From: Thermoflexus sp.
GTDB taxonomy: Bacteria; Chloroflexota; Dehalococcoidia; Tepidiformales; Tepidiformaceae
Reading direction: 5' to 3'
Assembly: GCA_037439905.1 (NCBI GenBank)
Contig: JBBIVC010000001.1
Coordinates: 1-30,412, forward strand
Length of the DNA stretch: 30,412 bases
The position numbers were made by a program, and so were the translations under genes. Each line of letters begins with the position of its first letter. Within the stretch, counting starts at the first letter, position 1. Below, one piece after another: positions 25,083-30,412 of this stretch. The notes beneath the pieces are model-generated. The model saw nothing but the letters and a program-made list of their open reading frames with translations, had not been told where the DNA came from and did no database searches.

Positions 25083-26824
25083 GCCGCGCTTCCCGGCAAC
25101 CGACGGCGCCAGGGCAGCAGGGTCGCTGCCTCCGCCTTCCACGACCACGGCAGCCGGCCTGTCGTTTCGCCCACCCGGGCGACGGCCAGCACGAGTTGCG
25201 GCAGTTGCAGATCGCTTCGATACACCAGGTAGCGCGGCTCCCAGCGCGGCTTCCACTTCTCCTTGTACGCGCGGAGCCCTTCATAGCTGAAGAATCGCGA
25301 GCCGCGACTGTAAAGCAGGCGCAAAGCTGCCGCGACCAGCCCTCCGCCCTCGAGGTTTGCGAGCGGAGCCATGCCCAGGTTCATCCCCTCCATGCCTGCG
25401 GCGCGGAAATGCTGAATCAGGTGCAGAAAGAGGAAGTCCATCACCCCGTCTTCAGCATCGGGGCGGTGCCGCATGAGGTCGAAATTGCCCTCCTTCGATT
25501 GGAAGGACGGGATCACGTTCGCGAACGCTTCGATTGCCCCATCCGGCGCGCGGACCACGTGCACCTCCGTCTCATTGAGGTAGTCGCGGCTGAACTGTCC
25601 AAGCGTGAATCCCCGTTCCCTGCGCTCCCTGGCGGCGAGCCATGCATTCGAGACCTCCTCGAGCTCGTTCATCGTCCCGGGTGGCACCGGGCATGGAAGC
25701 ACCTCGCAGCGGTACCCCTCCCGCTCGAGCCGGTTTGCGGCATTCCGGATGTGCTTGAAGGACTTCCCGGCGAGCGAGAACTCCGGGAGTGGAATCACCG
25801 CCTCCTCGCCGATCTTCAGCGCTTTCAGCCCCGCCTCCCGGAGGTCCGGCACACCCGCTTCGGTAACCTGGTGGAAGCAGAAGGCCCAGCCGTTCAGGTC
25901 ACAGAACTCCGCGAATTCCCGCACCACGAGCTTCCGCGCGAAGGGCTCGCCGATGGGCTCCCCGAGGGCCACTGCCGTCGCCCCTGCCATCCGGTAGCCG
26001 ATGAACGCCTCGCCCGAGCTGGCGAAGAAGTAGGTCTTGTCGTCGAGCAAGTGAAAGTAGGCGACGGAGTTGGCCGCGTACCGTTCGAGCATGGCCCTGA
26101 CGCGAACTCTTTCCAGGCGACCCGCGCCGGCCCGGTGCAAAGCGGGCCGGAGGAGCTGCCAGATCCCCGCGGCCAGGACTCCGCTTGCCAACAGCCGGGC
26201 AGAGTGAATGAACCATGTGCCGTGCCGGCTGGCCGGTTCGATCGTTGTTGCCGGCACAACGAAGAGCAGGCGGAGGGCATTCTCGGCCGGAGCCTGGAGG
26301 AGCTGCGCGGCATTCTCGGCCGACTCCGAAAAAGACGTGGTGTCCCGGAAATGGGAATCCAGCAAGTACAGACCGGCGAACCCATAGGCCAGCACACCCA
26401 GCTCGCCGAGGGCCAGCCAGAGCAGCCCGCGCCTCGCCCGTGCCGGGTCGCTGCGCGCCGGGAACTGGCCGACCGTGGCGATAAGGGCCGCCAGGACGAA
26501 CCCCGCTGCGCCAACCCCGAGGTAATCCACACGCTTGAACGGGTGCGCCATCAGCGAAACCAGCGTCGCAAACGCCGCCACTGTCCAGGCGTGCCGCTTG
26601 CCATGCAGCAACCCCATTGCACTGCTCAGCAACGCCACCCCTGCGGCCAGCAGTACGTACCGGGCCCCGTCTACCACCTCGATGGGTAGCCGGTTGTGAA
26701 CTCTCCCGAACGAGATAATGGGCTGGTGGACGAGCGCCAGCATGATGTTGAGCAGGCCCAGCGCAGCCACCATCCCGCTCACCGCGCGCCGCGCCGCTCT
26801 TCCCGGGACCCCCACCCGCTTCAT
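25079..26824 (-). CDS. Aminoacyl-phosphatidylglycerol synthase (MprF/LysX TM + DUF2156 catalytic domain)
   Basis: N-terminal TM helices with GLLHGKRHAW; DKTYFF, ALGEPIG, KIGEEAVI, ERGFTLG, DLMRHRP..DGVMDFL, NLGMAPL, GLRAYKEKWKPRWEPRYLVY. Confidence 0.88.
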   Translation of the reverse strand: MKRVGVPGRAARRAVSGMVAALGLLNIMLALVHQPIISFGRVHNRLPIEVVDGARYVLLAAGVALLSSAMGLLHGKRHAWTVAAFATLVSLMAHPFKRVDYLGVGAAGFVLAALIATVGQFPARSDPARARRGLLWLALGELGVLAYGFAGLYLLDSHFRDTTSFSESAENAAQLLQAPAENALRLLFVVPATTIEPASRHGTWFIHSARLLASGVLAAGIWQLLRPALHRAGAGRLERVRVRAMLERYAANSVAYFHLLDDKTYFFASSGEAFIGYRMAGATAVALGEPIGEPFARKLVVREFAEFCDLNGWAFCFHQVTEAGVPDLREAGLKALKIGEEAVIPLPEFSLAGKSFKHIRNAANRLEREGYRCEVLPCPVPPGTMNELEEVSNAWLAARERRERGFTLGQFSRDYLNETEVHVVRAPDGAIEAFANVIPSFQSKEGNFDLMRHRPDAEDGVMDFLFLHLIQHFRAAGMEGMNLGMAPLANLEGGGLVAAALRLLYSRGSRFFSYEGLRAYKEKWKPRWEPRYLVYRSDLQLPQLVLAVARVGETTGRLPWSWKAEAATLLPWRRRLPGSAA

Positions 26825-27882
26825 CGCACCCGCCCGTTCCTCAGCGTCGCAACCGCCCACGCTCCCGCCACGAGCGGGAGCCAGACTTCGAAAAGCCGGT
26901 ACATGATGACCGCCGCTGCCGCGGTCGCAGCCGGCACGCCGAACGAAATGAAGACCGCTCCGAGCGAGGCCTCAGCGAAGCCCAGCCCCGCCGGAAGCAC
27001 CCCCACAATCGTGAACAGCACACCAATCGAATAGGCGACGAGCGCTACATCGAGGCCCTTCCCCGCGCCCAGGGCAAGCAGTACGGCCCAGATCGTCGCC
27101 ACCCCAACGGCCTCCACCACCAGCGCGTGGAGCACGGGCCGCCCGATGACCCGCAGGTCATCCCTCAACCACGAGACAGCGTCATACAGCTCGTCGGCGG
27201 CCTGTGCGGAGTCGCTGGCGGCGTCGGCACCGCGCCCAGTCCACAGCCGCATGCGCGCCTTCACCCGGGCTGGCAGCGCGTAGAGCGTTCGCAAGGCCGA
27301 CCGGCTTCGCAGCGCGGCCACGGCGAGAACCACCTGGCTCGCGAGGTAGACCCCGAACGCGGCGGTAGCCAGCGCTTCGCCACGGTTGAACTTGCCGTCG
27401 ATCATCACGACCACAAGCGCTGCCGCCAGTGTCGCCGCGAATGCGGCCTGGCCGAGGACGTGCGCGAGGAGATATCCCGTGATGACCTGTCCACGCGGCC
27501 AACCCCTTCTTCCCCCCTCGCGGAGGAGAACGGCCAATCCGCCCATGCCCCCCGACTTCGCCACCGTGTTGAGGAACAGCCCCGCGGTTGCGAGGCGGAG
27601 CTGGCTGGAAAACGAGTCGGAGACGCCGACGCTGCGGAACGCCGTGCACTGGAGCGCTGCGTAGTTCACCACGAACAGCAGGCTCAACCCCGCTGCCACC
27701 GCCACATACCACGGGTTGGCAGCCCGCAATGTCGAGGCCATCGCGGGCAGCTCCGACCGGCTCGCCCAGGCGAACGCGCCGGCAAGCACGAGGAGGGCTC
27801 CAATGCCTGCAAGTTGGAGGTAAGGGAGGCGGTGCGGGAGCTTTGGCATGTCGACGGGAGTAGCCCCCGGAGGCTGGGTCAC
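26821..27882 (-). CDS. Lysylphosphatidylglycerol synthase TM / flippase-like domain protein (UPF0104)
   Basis: LRAANPWYV, FLNTVAKSGGMGG, VLPAGLGFAEASL, AAVIMYRLFEVWLP; stop overlaps the next ATG (ATGA). Confidence 0.82.
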   Translation of the reverse strand: MTQPPGATPVDMPKLPHRLPYLQLAGIGALLVLAGAFAWASRSELPAMASTLRAANPWYVAVAAGLSLLFVVNYAALQCTAFRSVGVSDSFSSQLRLATAGLFLNTVAKSGGMGGLAVLLREGGRRGWPRGQVITGYLLAHVLGQAAFAATLAAALVVVMIDGKFNRGEALATAAFGVYLASQVVLAVAALRSRSALRTLYALPARVKARMRLWTGRGADAASDSAQAADELYDAVSWLRDDLRVIGRPVLHALVVEAVGVATIWAVLLALGAGKGLDVALVAYSIGVLFTIVGVLPAGLGFAEASLGAVFISFGVPAATAAAAVIMYRLFEVWLPLVAGAWAVATLRNGRVR

Positions 27883-28128
27883 CGTTCCATTGTTGGCCCG
27901 CCGACGGGCGATGAAATAGATCGCACGCCTTTACCTGTGGGAACCCGGGCCGCGGCTGCGCCCCGCGGCTTGCTGCAGGGTTTCCCCCGATTTCTCCGTG
28001 ATTCGTGAAGAATTTCCCATGCCTTTCGGCGGGCGGCGCTTTGCCGTGGTACGGTTCGACCACGGGTAGAACCGGGGAGCGCTTCGCGGCGTCTGCTGCG
28101 CGCGCCCCAGCCTGCCGTTACTTTCTCT

Positions 28129-29460
28129 GTGAGACAGCTGGTGGTGGTGCGCGGGACGGTTGGGAAGGTGGGGCAAGGCCTCATCCTCTATTACTCGGCA
28201 AGGTTTTTCGCCCAGGTTGCCCAGAACCTGCTGTTCGCGGCGCTCTTCGTGGCAGCGGGCACCAGCGAGAATGCGGCCATCGGCCTGAGCTCGCTGCTCA
28301 TCGCCACCACGGCGGCATCGCTCATGTTCGGCGTCCCGGGTGGCGCGCTGGCCGACCGCATCGGCCCCGGGCGGGGCATGGCCCTCGGCGCCATCCTGCG
28401 CACCGCGGTCATCGTCCTCTGCTGCCTCCAGTTCAATGCGCCTTCCCTGGCGGCCGTGGTGATCTTCGCCTACTCGGCCGTCTCGCAGGTGTATTCGCCA
28501 TCGGAGATGGCGATGGTGCGCGTGCTCTGCGGGAAGGGCCGCGGCGCGGGCCACTCGCTCGGCATCGCTCTCCAGTACGCGGGCCAGGGAGCGGGGATGC
28601 TGGTGCTGGCGCCGCTGCTGTTCTTCCTCGGTGGCGCCCAGGGCATGCTCATCGGCGCCTCGATTGCCGGGCTGGTGCTTTCCGCCATCACGGCCGCGCT
28701 CTCGCTGCGCCACGGACGGCCCGTGCGTGTTCCCATGGGCGACCATTCTTCCATCCGTGATTCGCTTCGCGTCTTCAAGCGCTCGGCGATGGCCCGCGAT
28801 GCACTCGCCGTGCTCGCCGTCCAGACCATGATCGTCCAGGGCATCGTGGTCGCCCTGCCGCTGTACATCCGGAACGACATCTCTCTCGGCGAGGAGTGGG
28901 GCCTGTTCCTGGTCGCGCCCGGCGCGCTTGGCGTGGTCGCGGGCCTGGCCTGGTCGGCCGCGGCGGTCACGTCGGAGGTCGCGCAAAAAACCATGCGCCT
29001 TGCCCTCGTTTCGATGGTGGTGGGAGTGTTCGCGCTGGCCGCCCTGGACTACGGCCTCAATGCGGTACTCACCATCACCCGGTTCGGGCCACTCATCGAC
29101 CTGGAAGCCGACCTGAATACGACGTTCATCGTCGCCTTCCCGGTAGCATTCCTCGTCGGCTTTGCTATCGCGCTGGCCCTCGTCTCGGCGCGGGTGGCGC
29201 TCACGGCCGCGGCGCCGCTCGGCCACCAGTCGCGCGTGTTCGCCGTGCAGGCCACGCTGACCGACTCGTTCGTGGTGCTGCCGCTGCTGCTGATGGGCGT
29301 CGGCGTCGAAGTCGCCGGGGCGCGCCCGGTGCTTGCCGCGATGGGGCTGGTTGGGCTCGCGACGCTGGCCTTCATCGAGCACCCGCGCTTCCGGCCGCTG
29401 GCCCTCCACGCCCACGAACCGCAACCGGTGCTCGCGACGGCCCACGCCCGGTCCGACTGA
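28129..29460 (+). CDS. MFS transporter
   Basis: About 12 TM helices; GGALADRIGPGR motif A, GRVFAVQ-like QSRVFAVQ; exact start uncertain. Confidence 0.8.
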   Translation: MRQLVVVRGTVGKVGQGLILYYSARFFAQVAQNLLFAALFVAAGTSENAAIGLSSLLIATTAASLMFGVPGGALADRIGPGRGMALGAILRTAVIVLCCLQFNAPSLAAVVIFAYSAVSQVYSPSEMAMVRVLCGKGRGAGHSLGIALQYAGQGAGMLVLAPLLFFLGGAQGMLIGASIAGLVLSAITAALSLRHGRPVRVPMGDHSSIRDSLRVFKRSAMARDALAVLAVQTMIVQGIVVALPLYIRNDISLGEEWGLFLVAPGALGVVAGLAWSAAAVTSEVAQKTMRLALVSMVVGVFALAALDYGLNAVLTITRFGPLIDLEADLNTTFIVAFPVAFLVGFAIALALVSARVALTAAAPLGHQSRVFAVQATLTDSFVVLPLLLMGVGVEVAGARPVLAAMGLVGLATLAFIEHPRFRPLALHAHEPQPVLATAHARSD

Positions 29461-29466
29461 GGCCCC

Positions 29467-30006
29467 TCAGTCCGGCTGTGCCACGAACCGGGCAAGCTCC
29501 CGACGGAAGCCTTCTTCGTCCTGGATATAACCGAAGCGGCCAAGTTCCTTCCCGCTCGCATCGATCACGAGGAACGCGGGCGTGGCGTCGATGCCGTAGC
29601 GTTCACCGGCGGTATCGCGGCCAATGGACTTCTCGACGAACACGAACTGCTCGCGGTACCCGGACATCACACGATGGACGAAGAGCATGCCGTCGCAGCG
29701 TGCGCAGCTGGGGCTCGTGAACCAGACCACAGTGCGGCGGCCGTCGGCGCGTGGTTCGGCCGCCGTGGGGAGCGGCGCCGGGGAGTGGTAGATCGTGTGC
29801 TCGGTGCCCGAAATGGCGACAACCGGTCCGCCGGCGTTGGCCTCGGCAAGCGCCTGGAGCCCGGGGTCGATGGGTGATTCACCGCCAGCTTCAAGCAGCA
29901 CCCAGACGGCGAAGCCGAGCGTCGGGAGGACCATGAGGGCGGCGACCGCCCAGGTTTTCCAGCCCCAGCGCGGGTTCCACCACCCGCGCCGGGGCGTGGT
30001 TGTCAT
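29467..30006 (-). CDS. Membrane-anchored thioredoxin-fold protein (CxxC)
   Basis: N-terminal TM helix, VVWFTSPSCARC, YGIDATPAFLVIDASGKELGR (cis-Pro loop); TACACT -10 6 nt before the ATG. Confidence 0.75.
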   Translation of the reverse strand: MTTTPRRGWWNPRWGWKTWAVAALMVLPTLGFAVWVLLEAGGESPIDPGLQALAEANAGGPVVAISGTEHTIYHSPAPLPTAAEPRADGRRTVVWFTSPSCARCDGMLFVHRVMSGYREQFVFVEKSIGRDTAGERYGIDATPAFLVIDASGKELGRFGYIQDEEGFRRELARFVAQPD

Positions 30007-30022
30007 GGCCCCAGTGTAGCGT

Positions 30023-30292
30023 TGCGAGGCCCGACCGTGAGGGAGGGTGACCGCCGCCCGGCCCACCCGCGCAAGCCAACCGCCGGGACCGCGTTGTCCC
30101 ATGCGAGGCCCGACCGTGAGGGAGGGTGATCGCCGACCGGCACACCGGCGCAAGGCAACCGCCGGGACCGCGTTGTCCCGTGCGAGCCGCTCGGGCCCCT
30201 CCGAGTGCAATCGCCTGGTGGCGCCGCACCACGAACGCGGGACGCCCCACGCGGCGCCATGCATCGCACCCTCCCTCACGGTCGGGCCTCGC
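30023..30292. repeat. REP-like repeat cluster: two tandem 79-bp units plus an inverted 26-bp core
   Basis: TGCGAGGCCCGACCGTGAGGGAGGGTGA at 30023 and 30102, a third unit starting TGCGAG at 30181; reverse-complement core CACCCTCCCTCACGGTCGGGCCTCGC at 30267-30292. Confidence 0.78.
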
Positions 30293-30315
30293 CCGGGTTG
30301 GGGTAGACTCCGCCA

Positions 30316-30412
30316 ATGAGTGGGCCGGCGGGATACTTCCTCACCTTCACGACCTACGGGACCCGGCTCCACGGCGACGCTCGGGGAAGCGTTGACCGGC
30401 GGCACAACCTTC
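30316..30412 (+). mobile_element. 5' end of a REP-associated tyrosine (Y1/IS200-like) transposase, truncated by the window edge
   Basis: Manual translation MSGPAGYFLTFTTYGTRLHGDARGSVDRRHNL matches the 'Y.lTw.tYG..L.GD.RGsv' N-terminus recalled for RAYT-like proteins; TAGACT -10 6 nt upstream; adjacent to REP-like repeats. Confidence 0.65.

Noticed and set aside
27854-27868. GGGAGTAGC string resembling a second yybP-ykoY 5' end
   Set aside because: Lies antisense within a coding region (GATPVD) with no matching GCGAGAC 3' half or stems.
27975-28025. TTTCCC/TTTCTC half-sites resembling the 23881-24010 operator motif upstream of the MprF-like operon and MFS gene
   Set aside because: No complete N4-spaced palindromes; too weak to claim shared regulation.
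30023-30181. CRISPR interpretation of the 28-bp repeats
   Set aside because: The intervening sequences are nearly identical to each other (a 79-bp tandem unit), there are only two direct copies plus an inverted one, and no cas genes are present; REP-like fits better.

Overview
GC-rich (~70% by eye) bacterial chromosomal window, mostly housekeeping and metabolic genes. The gene style suggests Chloroflexota/Dehalococcoidia (Tepidiforma-like); this is an unverified impression. Recognisable genes: tungsten/molybdopterin aldehyde:ferredoxin oxidoreductase, PIG-L deacetylase, M48 peptidase, ABC1/UbiB kinase, VOC protein, obgE, type-B carboxylesterase, MoaD/SAMP-like sulfur carrier, a split YeeE/YedE pair, MDR oxidoreductase, a yybP-ykoY (Mn2+) riboswitch with a TMEM165/GDT1 gene, tsaD, Ldh_2 oxidoreductase, DsbB, HpcH aldolase, a VapBC pair, 2-hydroxyacid dehydrogenase, acyl-CoA dehydrogenase, a PadR-like regulator, a split MprF-like operon with a rhomboid-like gene, an MFS transporter, a membrane thioredoxin, and the start of a RAYT/Y1 transposase preceded by REP-like repeats. 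Most notable: (i) a perfect 42-bp duplication of a yeeE gene 3' end flanking a one-gene cassette; (ii) a REP/RAYT locus; (iii) a second small protein ending in Gly-Gly-Gly coupled to the MoaD-like gene, divergent from YeeE transporters; (iv) a three-gene aminoacyl-lipid operon with a rhomboid-like partner; (v) five TTCCC-N4-GGGAA-like palindromes between a PadR-like gene and a tiny Cys4 protein; (vi) -10 boxes 6-7 nt before about 12 start codons, suggesting widespread leaderless mRNAs. Family assignments come from motif recognition by eye; no database searches were run.
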